A stretch of 63,653 nucleotides of DNA, filler included, from Folioceros fuciformis (GCA_049999805.1; 8 parts of 8 records of this genome joined end to end with filler, not necessarily neighbours in it), one strand, 5' to 3'. Shown: positions 12,901-24,236, counted from the first letter of the whole stretch. Numbers and translations: made by a program. Notes: generated by a model not told the origin, from the letters alone.

Positions 12901-14390
12901 AAATGATACATGGGAACTCTGTCCCCTGCCAGTAGGAAGAAAGGTGGTTAGCTGCAAATGGGTTTTCAAGCACAAATTGAACGCAGATGGTGAGATAGCT
13001 AGATATAAATCTCGCTCGTTGCTCGTGGGTTTACACAAGTGCCTGGCGTGGACTTCACCGACACTTTCAGCCCTGTGGTTAAGACTCAGTCCATCCGCAT
13101 GATACTAGCCCTCGCTGCTGCCAATGCTTGGGATNNNNNNNNNNNNNNNNNNNNNNNNNNNNNNNNNNNNNNNNNNNNNNNNNNNNNNNNNNNNNNNNNN
13201 NNNNNNNNNNNNNNNNNNNNNNNNNNNNNNNNNNATCTTGACCACCCTGATTGGGTCTGTCGCCTAAAGAAAACGATCTACGGCCTTAAACAATCAGCTA
13301 GAGAGTGGTATAAAACAATTGATGCATACCTCAAGTCTATTGGTTTTCTTCAGAATCCTGGGGACGCCAATGTTTACCTCTATGCTTCAGATGGCCGGAT
13401 TGTTATTTTGGCCCTATATGTAGATGATGCTATATTAGCATCCAATGATCCTGGTTTGTTAGCTTGGGTCAAGCAAATGCTACATCAGAAATTTGATATG
13501 AAGGATATCGGTTCTCTTTAAGAACCTTTGTTCTTGGTGTTCAACTTGTTCGTGATTTGCCTTCCCGTACTATCATGCTCCACCAAGCCAAGTACATTCG
13601 TGAGACCCTTCATCGTTTTCAGCTGGAGTCTGCTCATCCCGTTTCCACTCCTGGGGTCCCTGGCGCTAAACTCTCAGCTGCTCAGAGTCCTCAGACTGAT
13701 GTTGACAAATAGGATATGGCCCTTTTTCCTTATCTTCATGTTGTCGGTTGCTTGAATTATATCAGTTGTTGGACTCGTCCAGACATTCAGTATGCCGTCA
13801 ATGCCGTCTCCTAGTTTCTTGATAACCCTGGCAGAGAGCATTGGGGAGCTGTTAAACGCATTCTACGGTATTTGAAGGGTACTTTGCATTACGGCTTATG
13901 CTTCAGGGGGCGAAATACCGAGACTGAGCTTACCATTGCTGGTTTTGCTGATGCCGACTGGGCCACTCATCCCGATGCTCGAACAAGCATATCCGCTGAC
14001 TGCTTTACCCTGTCAAATGCAGCCATCTACTGGAGTTCAAAGAAGCAATTTTCAGTAGCACTCTCCTCCACGAAGGCTAAGTACAAAGCTTTAACTGAAG
14101 CACCTAAGGAATCAATCTGGGAACGTTGTTTTATGAAAGGCCTTGGTTTCCAGCAGTCATAGCCGACATCTATCTTCTGTGATAACAGATCAACCATTGC
14201 CATGACGGCTAACCCAAGATTCCATGCCCTTACAAAGCACATAGAAGTGCATCACCACTTTATTCGCCTCTGTGGAAGAGAAGGAAGTCAAGATTCAGCA
14301 CATTTCCACAAACTACAACCCTGCAGATTTGCTCACGAAATTTACCCGCTCGTAAACAACTGCTACACATGGAAGCTCTAGGAGTGAAGG
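9922..14390 (+). pseudogene. Copia A gag-pol polyprotein, disrupted by stops and frameshifts
   Basis: FKEWDRFNG gag start, CNWCGIQGHKEHEC knuckle, WYLDSGAT protease, WHARLGH/CDAC, LRTDNGTEF and QQNGVAER integrase, LYVDD RT, ADADWA RNase H. TAA at 11257, frameshifts near 12460 and 13015. Confidence 0.95.
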
Positions 14391-14538
14391 ACTACTCTCC
14401 ACCAACGACATTGTCCACCTGACTACCAACACTGCTGCGTATGGTGGATGAAGCTTCATCGCGTACCCAATCGCTTACTGCAGAGCAGTCGTTGGTTCTC
14501 AGGTTACTCTGGAGGCAGCGGACTGGCAGCTGCGCACT

Positions 14539-14814
14539 TTAGTTGCTCTTCCAGGGTCTCTTCTTCCATGTTGAATGTTGGCTCGTCCTCCAGCTCTCTG
14601 ACAGCGAGTGAGATGCCAAACCGACATTCCCAGCTCGCGATCTGCCATCTTTGCTCTGTCGTGAGCTCCCTCCATTTGTTGTAACTGCGTTGGTTTGCCC
14701 TAACCCTCGTGCGCCTTCTCCTTTTCTCTGCTCCTCACATACATGGTGATACAAAAGGAATACCGCGATCACGAAGGCACAGAGTGTTAGCAGTGTGTTC
14801 ACAGTCTCCGCCAT
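14539..14814 (-). CDS. Antisense ORF in the 3' region of Copia A with an N-terminal hydrophobic helix
   Basis: ATG 47 bp from the 3' LTR: MAETVNTLLTLCAFVIAVFLLYHHVCEEQR. A similar peptide occupies the same position in element G. Confidence 0.45.
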   Translation of the reverse strand: MAETVNTLLTLCAFVIAVFLLYHHVCEEQRKGEGARGLGQTNAVTTNGGSSRQSKDGRSRAGNVGLASHSLSESWRTSQHSTWKKRPWKSN

Positions 14815-17599
14815 CCGCGCGTCACTCCGTTATCAACATCATGCTCCGTTTACGAGGGCGTGTTGAGAATGAACCCCGTTAGGGTTCATGGTCATATAAA
14901 CTGACAAGCTGTTAATAATAGTTAATTAGGTTATATGAACAGATGTGAATATACACAAGTTTTGTATAAGACATATTTTGTGATTAACCAAAAACATTAT
15001 TAGTCTAAGTCTCTATATATTCTCCTGTCATGTTGATGATGTATTCATGGCTTCATTCTCATCCTCTCTCCTAGCCAAAATTAAGGCTTGTTTAAGAAGT
15101 CATTATGAAATGACTTATTTACGAGAGATGACATACGCACTTGGGGTTAATATTATTCAAGATAGAAACAATAAAACTTCAAATATTGTTCAAACAAAGA
15201 TATACTAAACTTGGACTAGAGGATGCCAAACCGGCAGCTAGCACTCCCTTTGCTAGCAACAGTATACGACTTACCTCATACATGAGTTTGAAGACATTTG
15301 TAGACAAGTTGAACGCATCGGTTCAAAGACATTTGTGGACAAGTTGAACACATCAGCAGTGCCATATACACATGCAATCGGCACTTTAATACAATTAAGC
15401 AACTTCACTAGACCAGACATATCTTTTAAAGTTAGCTGGATGTGAATATTGGACATCAGTTAAATGTATTTTTATATACCGCAAGGGTGCAATGAATACA
15501 GGAGTAGTGTACCAACACACATCCAGTATAAACAAATAATACTTATATCATATGCTAATGCCAACTATGCTAGCAACTCTAACACGAGAAAAAGCTATAT
15601 TAGATTAGATTACGTGCTTATTCTAGGCAAGGCTCTCCTCTCTTGGTCAAGATACAATCAACCATTACCTTGTCAAGTATTAAGTTAGAGTATAGAGTGC
15701 TAACCTCGATCGCAAAAAATATTGTATCGAGTAGGTTAGCCTCAAGTGAACTAAATCACACACAAGAAAAACCTACAACATTGTTAAGTGGTAGCCAAGG
15801 AGCTATGGAATTAGGCAAGAACCGTGTTTTTCACTCTAGAACTAAGCACATAACAATAGTATACCATTACATTATAGAAATGTTAGGAAATAGAACATTA
15901 ATATTAGTTATATTCAAACTCAAGAAAGCCTAGCTGATTTATTATCAAAATCCCTTGGTCAAGAATTACAGTAAGTCCAGGAACTTAGAAAACTAATATA
16001 AGTTCAAGTTATTAGGAGCACTTATTATAGGTTAAATGTGTGTGCCCCTCACACTTCTCACGAGGCAAAAACACTCATAATCGTGTTGTTTCCCATGCTC
16101 TCGTCTTCATCTGTAGAGGTATTAATAACTTATAATTATAGGCATAGAAAACTCAGATAAATTAGTATCCACAAAACTTACTAATAATTTATTCATCATT
16201 TTTCCTTTGCTTTTTCTACCCATTCTTTCTTTACTGAACCTCATAGGAAGTTCTTCGTGGGCACATCAATCACCTCAAAAATAGGGGTATAGGCACATCA
16301 TCAAGTTCCCAAACTTTTGTCAAATACCTGTAAGGACATAACAGACTTAGGGGTTAACAAGTTAGCCTGTCTATAAATACCTACTCAAAATGTTTATTGT
16401 ATTGCATCCATCTGCCCCATCCAGCATCTTTCTTTTCCTTTTTACAGTATATTCCAGATTTTCTCTCCATTTTCAACATGACATCTGCTATTCATCAAAT
16501 ATGCCTTCATATAATTCTTGAAGCAATACACACCTATAGTATGAATACCAGCATGGGAACAGTAGGCATACACACATGATGTGAGCAGGGCATCCAGGAT
16601 TTTTAAAACTAAACATGGAGGCAAGAACATCTTCAAGCATACATCTCCTTATTGGCACCAACTATAAATCCAAGCCCGTCCGCAAATATGAGCATGGACA
16701 GTCACACTTAGGCTGCATCCTCCTCCGCATATAGGCGCGTGTTACATGAGGAGCCTGCGTTCATACACCCTTGAGGATACGGACTGCAATTTCTCCCATA
16801 TGACTGCAAATTCCGGAGGGAGGAGGCACAACTGTTTTTTTACACCCACATAATACATTCCAGCATTAAGATCTGCAAGGAAGGGCGCTCCAAGTGGATG
16901 CATTTCCAAGTAAAGACCGGAAGGCAGATTTCTCACATTGGCAACAAGTATTGCCTCACATTGCTTTTGTGCAGGGCAACGATTTCTCTTCCAGACCCTG
17001 CAATCCACCATAGCAAGCAAGGGCGCCCCCAACGCGCCCTCCAATTCTCTAGCACAGCATGGAGGCGAAGCCGCATGGCAGGGTGGGAGGCGTCCGCCAT
17101 AGCCACCACCTTGGAGGCTGATGCACGCCCCGCGCGTTTGAGGACGACGGAGGGGGGACAACTGACTGGCCCCTGCCCCCACTCATTAAGTTTTCGGAAA
17201 AGCCTAATTTATTACCAACCTAGTTTTTCATTTCGTAAATTTCATAAAAATGGCTTTATCCTATTTTTCCTTTTTTTTAAATAATTCCTTAATTTTGACT
17301 GCTTAAGTTATTTTTCTTATGCTTTCAAGTTAAGTTACTTAAGAGCTAACTCCTGTAGTTTAGTCCATTTTGGCCCATTTTTAAGCCAGGAAATTTCTTT
17401 TTTTTTTTACCCTCAGTTCATAGTGAGTGGGAATAATAAAATACACTTAGTTTAGGGCACTATTCACTAGGGCACCTTTACTTAAACATTAATTTATTCC
17501 TAGGACACTAAGTAGTTTTCTTAGATAGTTATTTAGGTGGTTAATTGTTATATTGGTTATAACCATTTTATGGTTATAACTTCCCCCTACTATATCAAC

Positions 17600-18050
17600 T
17601 TCCCCCTATTATATAAATACTCTTTGTACTTTCTATTATCAGTAAATATAACAAGCAACTTGTGCAAGTTATATATAAACACTCTTTTGTACTTTCTATT
17701 ATCAATAAATGTAACAAGCAACTTGTGCAAGTTCTATATAAACAATCTTTGTACTTTCTATTATCAATGAATGCAACAAGCAACTTGTGCAAGTTATATT
17801 GGTTATAACCATTTTACGGTTACAATCACTCAACTTCNNNNNNNNNNNNNNNNNNNNNNNNNNNNNNNNNNNNNNNNNNNNNNNNNNNNNNNNNNNNNNN
17901 NNNNNNNNNNNNNNNNNNNNNNNNNNNNNNNNNNNNNTTTGTACTTTCTATTATCAATAAATGTAACAAGCAACTTGTGCAAGTTATATATAAACACTCT
18001 TTGTACTTTCTATTATCAATAAATGCAATAAGCAACTTGTTCAAGTGTGT
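17600..18050 (+). repeat. ~62-bp tandem amplification inside the 3' LTR of Copia B (at least 5 copies, gap inside)
   Basis: Unit TATATAAACACTCTTTGTACTTTCTATTATCAATAAATGTAACAAGCAACTTGTGCAAGT recurs (GCAACTTG at ~17655, 17718, 17780, 17970, 18032). Single copy in the 5' LTR. Confidence 0.85.
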
Positions 18051-18074
18051 GTGCGTGTGATTTTCATCATCATA

Positions 18075-19400
18075 GCGGTTTCCTCCTAGGCCTCAAGCTT
18101 CTTGTTATGCCTGTATCCCCCAAAGCCTCCAGCTTCTTGTTATGTTTGTATCCCCATTCTTTAGTGAAGTGCTGGTGCCAATAATGTCGGGCAACCACAT
18201 TCGCTAATTGGTGTAGTAACCAGTCTAGTCTACGGTCAAGCAAACTTGACTTGCTAAATGTTGCACGTTTTTTTATAAATCTATGGAATCCTTCCACAGC
18301 TGAAGTTGTATGTTGCTCTGCATGAGACAACATTCAAACACAAATTACATAATATAGGTATAGTATGATTACACAATGAGCGAATAGTAGAAATCTTTGC
18401 TTGACAATCATCAACAAGGAATGAACAAGGTGTCCAATCCTTGTTGATCTTTTCAACCTTCTTTCATAGAGCTGAAAGCCAACTGACAAGTGACTCAGTA
18501 GTAGTATCAGTGGCATATTTTGTAATAGCCTATACTACTGGAACACCGTTCAAGTAATGGTCAAAACCCATCATAGTGAATAAGTGGTAGCAATACCTGT
18601 TCAACCCAAAAGTTGCATCCTTAGCTAGCACATTACTATTCCCATAAAGTAACATGCAATTTAACATAAAAGGAGTTTGAATACCCAAAGCGANNNNNNN
18701 NNNAAGTAACATGCAATTTAACATAAAAGGAGTTTGAATACCCAAAGCGAAAGGTTGATTCTCGCTTGATTGGTGGAAGACTATAGATGCATTTTGCTCC
18801 AACCATAGGGACACTAATGTGGTATCATCCAAGGCTAGCTTCCATTCACCAACTTCAACTTGTGTAAGTATGTTGAGAACATCATATCTTTGCATATAAT
18901 CATCTCTTACTAGCGCATATACCTCTGTCTGATTGTTGATTCGAGCATACAATACATCTTGATGTCAACGCATTATTTCATCAACAGGAACTTTGCAATA
19001 TAGGCATTGGGAACTTTGCAATATAGGCAATGCCTGATCCAATCCTTCTTTTCCTATGAAAGCCATGTTGCTCTGACATCACGAGGTAAGCCTTTGTATC
19101 CAGGCCCATGACATATAGCATTTGAAAGGTCAATATGCCTATGTTCAAAAAGATCAATCTCAGCACCCTTCCGGGATGTAAGAACACCAAGACCTGCAAG
19201 CTAGCCTCACAATGTTAATGCCTCCCTAAGTAATAAAATAATTTACATACTTCAAACCTTCTTACCTAACATATGATGCAATTATATGCATTGTCAGTAC
19301 TAGAGGGCAAGGTAAACTGCCCGGGCCCTTAGAACCCTTCTTATAGAAGTTCGTACTATGCGAACTTATAGCACTCATTCTCCCCAATAAAGTCTCCCAC
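18075..19400 (-). pseudogene. N-terminal and catalytic part of a MULE-type transposase (resembles the plant At1g60560/At4g13970 SWIM family)
   Basis: HRHIDLSNAICHGP, FALGIQTPFML, DATFGLNRYCYHLFTMMGFDHYLNGVPV (MULE DDE core), TTSAVEGFHRFIK and RRLDWLLHQL. Several stops and frameshifts. Family assignment is from motif recall, not a search. Confidence 0.75.
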
Positions 19401-19723
19401 TCTAGAAAAGAATATGTGAACCACCTTCACATGTTTTTGCTACCCTGGTGCCCTAGTCATATTGAGAAGAAACCCAGATTAAGTCAGTATGGTTAAATAA
19501 CCCTAAAAGGTATATTACTTGGTAACTCTTCTAAATTAATAGAAGAACTCAAATCTATATTACTATCCACAAATGACATTCCCCTATCCCAAAGAGAAAA
19601 AATCCTATACCTAACCCTAATCTCAACCTTTAACCAAAATTCCTATCCCTCTAATCACAAGAGCGCATTCTGCAAAAGATTTAACATGCCGCTCTAAAGT
19701 CGCATCTGACGCAATGCAAATAA

Positions 19724-19912
19724 CGGAGTTCACATACCATGAGCTTGACGGAGTTCACATACCATGAGCNNNNNNNNNNGAGTTCACATACCATGAGCTT
19801 GACGGAGTTCACATACCATGAGCTTGTGAGCCAGGTACCATGAGCTTGTGAGCCGGGTTCACCATGAGCTTGTGAGCCGGGTTCACCATGAGCTTGTGAG
19901 CCGGGTTCACTT
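19724..19912. repeat. Compound 24-25-bp minisatellite (GAGTTCACATACCATGAGCTTGACG then CATGAGCTTGTGAGCCGGGTTCAC)
   Basis: Direct tandem copies around a 10-N gap. Confidence 0.85.
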
Positions 19913-20451
19913 GGAGCCTTAAACAAGTATTATTAGTAACGTGTAAGCGGGTAGGGATGTAAGCGGGTAGGGACGAGCGGCATGTTTGGTGGTATGTAGC
20001 GCACGAGCGTCAAAAATTTTGGCCACGTGTTCAGATTATGCATGACTCACCACAGCATGTTCCGATTATGCATGACTCACCACAGCATGGTGATGGGCAA
20101 GGACATACAGAGGTACATGTCGTGGAGGGCCGTGCGGACACACGTGCCGGCCTTAATGGCCATCGGGTATCCATTTGCAAGCTCAGTCTGGCTAAAGCCA
20201 GCAAGATAATCAGGGATATCGTTTCACCTCAAAAACGTTCACCGAGCAACCCTCTCCTTTCACACACCTATTCTTGTAAAGAACCTCACCAAGTCACTGC
20301 GCTCACCAACCGAGCGCCCATCGGCGCCTTTCATACACCTACACTTGCAACGACTCTCACCAAGTCACTGCGCTCACCAACCAAGCAACCATCAGCGCCT
20401 TGTCACAGTCCTACACTCGTAAACTCCTTCACCACGCAACTACAGCCCAAT

Positions 20452-21800
20452 CTATGTACAACTAATACTGATGCCAACGGAATACCATGAAAATAAGAAA
20501 AAGGCAGACAGTGTCAAGGGGATGAACACCTGTGACACTGATAACGTCCTCAGGGTAACAGCTGCAGAAGCTCTGAGGCGAGCAAATGCTGGTCGGCTCT
20601 CTGCAGGGGGATGTGCAGCTGCTACAATTGGAAGCGCTTGAACCATCGCTAAGCGTTCACCTACCTCAATATCCATTGACAACCCAGTCGCTTCACATTC
20701 TGACATAACAGGTGCAAGTGCCTGAGCTGCTGCGATGTCTGGGGCAGCAGCTTTACAGATTTCCCTCAGCTTCGCAAGCTTGTCCCCTGGATGCACGACA
20801 TAAGGCATGGAAGTAGAGTCATGAACTGCTTGCCTTCACATTGATGACTGCTACAATTACTAACTAAGGATACATACCATCCTTAACGAACAGGGCCCCG
20901 AGGGAATACTGGACCGCTATTCCTAACAGATTTGAGTCCAAAGCGGCCCAATCTGCATATCGTCGAAGTGCAGTGACAGCCGTCTCAACCATTCGCCCAT
21001 GTGACAAACTCTTTTTATCTGGCCAGAACACCATGTTCAAGTGTTAACAAGCATTGCCATCTTCACTTTCTTTCCCAGAAATTACTGGGAAGCACCTGCA
21101 GTAGGGTAAGAAAGAATATTGCCTTTGGGAGGTGGCATACCCTTGGTGGTGACAGCTCCCCTTCCTGGCATCTGACGTATGACTGTGTGTACAAACGAAT
21201 TCACAGTAACTGTCTTGTCAGGGAGTTTCATGTCTGATCGAAGCTGATCTCTTAAAGCAGCAGCAGTGAAACCACACACTTCGGCACTTTGCCACGTGTC
21301 TGCCAGGTGAAGGTTCTCCAAGATAAACTGGAGGAAGACAGCTCCCATTTCTCCATACAATGAGGTCAGCACTTCTTCAGCAAAGCTGTCACGAAACCTG
21401 ATGTGTAGACACAGACACAGCAGTTGAGTAACAGCTTCATATTCCAGCTTGAGGCATGACGATAAACAAAGGCAGTAAAACCTTACCGATGGAAACCGTC
21501 TTCGTTAGTCTCAGAAACCTCCCAGCTTTCAAAATCTGCTGGATGCATGGTGACCTGCATGACAGCCTGAGTATTGTTCTACGTTACTAGCAGGCTTTGC
21601 ATTACAGGTCACTATCATAACTAGCACAAATTTAAGCACATTAGCTCAAACCAGACAACATGGCACCTGGGCAGCACTGCCAAAAAGTGGTATCTGGAGA
21701 AATTCTGCACGTCTAGCTGCAGGGACTGGCACAAGTCGTGGCCAGGCATTGACAACCCTCGTAGCACATTCTACCCCCAGACCCCCTCCTCCTCCAGAGG
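20452..21800 (-). pseudogene. Spliced gene remnant of unknown family
   Basis: Exon 21554-21487 (VTMHPADFESWE...FHR) splices in phase to the exon starting 21397 (FRDSFAEEVLTSLYG...). The frame continues through two TAA stops to a GTATGT donor near 20876. Last exon-like ORF 20452-20808. Confidence 0.45.
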
Positions 21801-21826
21801 CATCGACCAGCCAATTAAGCAATTCG

Positions 21827-21926
21827 NNNNNNNNNNNNNNNNNNNNNNNNNNNNNNNNNNNNNNNNNNNNTTAATTAATTAANNNNNNNNNNNNNNNNNN
21901 NNNNNNNNNNNNNNNNNNNNNNNNNN
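21827..21926. other. Artificial contig linker N44-TTAATTAATTAA-N44 (also 29865-29964, 39948-40047, 43184-43283, 50049-50148, 53191-53290, 59279-59378)
   Basis: Identical 100-nt spacer with six-frame stops repeated seven times. Confidence 0.98.
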
Positions 21927-23340
21927 GTCTTCTTGGGGAAACTGGTTTTGATCTCGATGGTTGGCTTCGTCATTAGGATCAACTGCACCACCTTGTTCCT
22001 GGACAGCAAGGTTCTGTACAGCAGGGTTCCGTACAGCTGGGACTGGCAGGCCAGGAGGAGGGTTCGCTGGAGCGGGTGCTGCAGGTGGACTGGGTTCGGC
22101 ATCATCGTCAGGGAAGTCAAATTCAGATGTCTCACTTTCCTTATTTTCTCCCTCAGCAGCTAAATTTGCTCCCTCGGAATCCATATGTGACTGAAGACCG
22201 GGGGTGGCAGGTCGGGTTGGCTCGATGAAGGTAACGGACCTGGCCAAGACAGCTGTTTGAGTAGTAGGGTTGTAGAGTTTATAAGCCTTGGATGTTTCGC
22301 TATAACCCAAGAAAATAAGAGCTTGCGCACGTGGATCTAATTTGCGCCTCTTCTCTTCAGGTATGAGGGCAAAGGCACGGGATCCGAAAACCCGTAAGTG
22401 CAGGAGGCTCGGTTTCCTGTTCAACATAGCTTCAAATGGTGTCTTCAAAGGGACTGAGCTGGTGAAGAGACGGTTGAGCACATAGGTGGCAGCTACAATG
22501 GCCTCGTCCCAGAACTTCTGCGGCAGTCCAGCCTAGAGGAGCATGCTATGTGTCATGGAGAGAAGAGTCTGATTCTTTCTTTCGGCCACACCATTTTGTT
22601 GAGGCGTGTATGGGATGGTCAACTGCCTTTGGACGCCATGCTCTTCAAGGAAAGCATCAAAGGCAGTATTCACAAATTCCGTTCCATTGTCAGTCCTTAG
22701 GCATTTGACAGACTGTCCTGTCTGCTTTTGAATGGTTACAAACCAGTCCTGGAATACCTCCAAAGTGTCACTCTTCAATCGTAGTGGGTAGGTCCATGTA
22801 TACTTGGAAAAATTGTCTGTGATGCATAGATAATATAGTGCACCACCCAGGGAAGGTACCTGAATCTTCCCTGAAATATCTGCATGGACGAGCTCCAGGA
22901 TAGACTTTGCTCTATATGTTGCTAGGTTGGGGAAAGGGTGCTGTTTTTGTTTGGCAGTGATACATGCCTCACAGGGAGGAAGAGACTTAAAACAGCGAGG
23001 TAAGGGTTCCTTATGACAGGCCTGTAAGGACATATCCACCAATTTATGTTGATTGGCATGACATAGACGGGCATGCCACAAGACTGCTAATTTCTGTGCA
23101 TCTGTGGATGTCAGGCCCGCTACATGCTGATGTGTGTAAACGTCCAACCTGTACATATCATTCTCTAGGACACCTCTGAAGACATACAAGGATGGATCAG
23201 TAAGTCTAAAAAACAAACAGGTGTCATCCGCAGCTGTCATGCGGTAAACCCTTTGTTGCATTAGCTTGCTAAGGGACATGAGATTCTTTGCCATTGACGG
23301 TACATACAAGACATCCTGCAGGTGGGAGCCCTTGCTCCCT
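21927..23340 (-). mobile_element. Copia pol fragment (element I; protease end to integrase), close relative of A
   Basis: DVLYVPSMAKNL, WHARLCH, VHADISGKIQVPSLGGA, LRTDNGTEF, PQQNGVAERKN; in-frame TAG at 22533-22535. Confidence 0.9.
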
Positions 23341-23356
23341 GATATGGATTTTTAGA

Positions 23357-24236
23357 TCAATAGCCTCTCTGCCACCAGATTATGAGAGCTGCAACAAACA
23401 CATAACAGTGGTTTCGTTAGGTAGCAGTTACAGTGTGTTCAACACAACAGAAAAGATCATCAGCAGGTGGATGAAGCCCCACGATTATCTTATCGCCTGG
23501 CTGCTTGACACCTCAACCTCCGAACTCGCCATCTTCCTCGAGCTGGCCCAAGAGTTTCACTGCCTCCCTGAGACGAACGACCAAGTCAGCTTCTTTCTTG
23601 ATCTCCTCCTCCGTCCATGGCAGGAGTTCTCCTGCCCCCTTTTCTCCAGCTGGTGTTGGTCTCTTCCAGCTCAAGGAAATGCTAAGCTCCACTTGGTACC
23701 CCATGATGTTGAGGTACTAGCCACAGCGCAAGCGATGCTCGTCTCCATCAGTCACGAGTTCAGGTTCTTGGACATTGGATTGGGAACTGGATTCCTGCCT
23801 GTGCTCCATCCTCCTCTTCGCGTGCCGGTTGTTGCCGCTGCTAGCCTTGCTCATATAACTCTGCCCGCCTTGCATCCTCCTCACAACAGCGATTGCCAGA
23901 CGATAGGATTGTGAAGAGAGCTGCCAGTATATAAGCGAGGACGGTGCCTAGCTGGGTCACCATGGGAGGCTCACGCTAAGCAGCTGTGCCGGGAGCGCTC
24001 GAGTCTGTTGTGTCCTGGTGCTTTCTCGCATGTGCCTATTTAAGCTCGTCACGCTTAAGGGGGAGTGTTAAATATTGTCGTATATATTTATTAAGCTATA
24101 CTCGCTTAGGTTAACGATAGATGACAGTTTATGCCCGTTAAGTAAGTGACCTTTCGTAATTAGGTTTAGGAATATAAACAAATGAGACCATTGCCATTTA
24201 ATTAATTCAATCTTTTTGCCATGCATTCTCCGTTCA
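23357..24236 (+). mobile_element. 3' end of Copia element G: extra region, PPT, ~171-bp LTR
   Basis: PPT AAGGGGGAG (~24057-24065), then TGTTAAAT...CCGTTCA 24066-24236 with a TATA box. It truncates the integrase tail of element C. Left boundary approximate. Confidence 0.7.
23841..23963 (-). CDS. 40-aa antisense transmembrane peptide of element G
   Basis: Manual translation: MVTQLGTVLAYILAALFTILSSGNRCCEEDARRAELYEQG*. Below the ORF-track cutoff. Confidence 0.4.
   Translation of the reverse strand: MVTQLGTVLAYILAALFTILSSGNRCCEEDARRAELYEQG

Larger units (their letters stand above)
8673..15030 (+). mobile_element. Full-length Ty1/Copia element A (6.36 kb) nested in the RT of element B
   Basis: LTRs 8673-8843 and 14861-15030 (TG...CA, 6 substitutions + 1 indel), PBS TGGTATCAGAGC 8844-8855, TSD TGTTG at 8668-8672 and 15031-15035, gag-PR-INT-RT-RH order. 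Confidence 0.97.
4977..18069 (+). mobile_element. Old degenerate Ty1/Copia element B (gag mostly deleted), interrupted by element A
   Basis: 5' LTR 4977-5193, PBS TGGTATTAGAGC 5194-5205, 3' LTR 17434-18069 after PPT-like AGTGAGTGGGAA, TSD TCATA at 4972-4976 and 18070-18074. Remnants: zinc knuckle ~6113, protease ~6290, integrase 6900-7580, RT 8050-8672 and 15036-15450, RNase H to ~15960. Confidence 0.9.

Noticed and set aside
18647-18752. Exact duplication flanking a 10-N gap
   Set aside because: Likely contig-overlap artefact or collapsed repeat; cannot be resolved without reads.
21871-21882. Recurring TTAATTAATTAA palindrome
   Set aside because: Always centred in 44N flanks, so it is an assembly linker. 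Neighbourhoods across linkers were not interpreted.
23288-23914. 208-aa plus-strand ORF
   Set aside because: It spans a junction of two elements and is the shadow of the antisense region.
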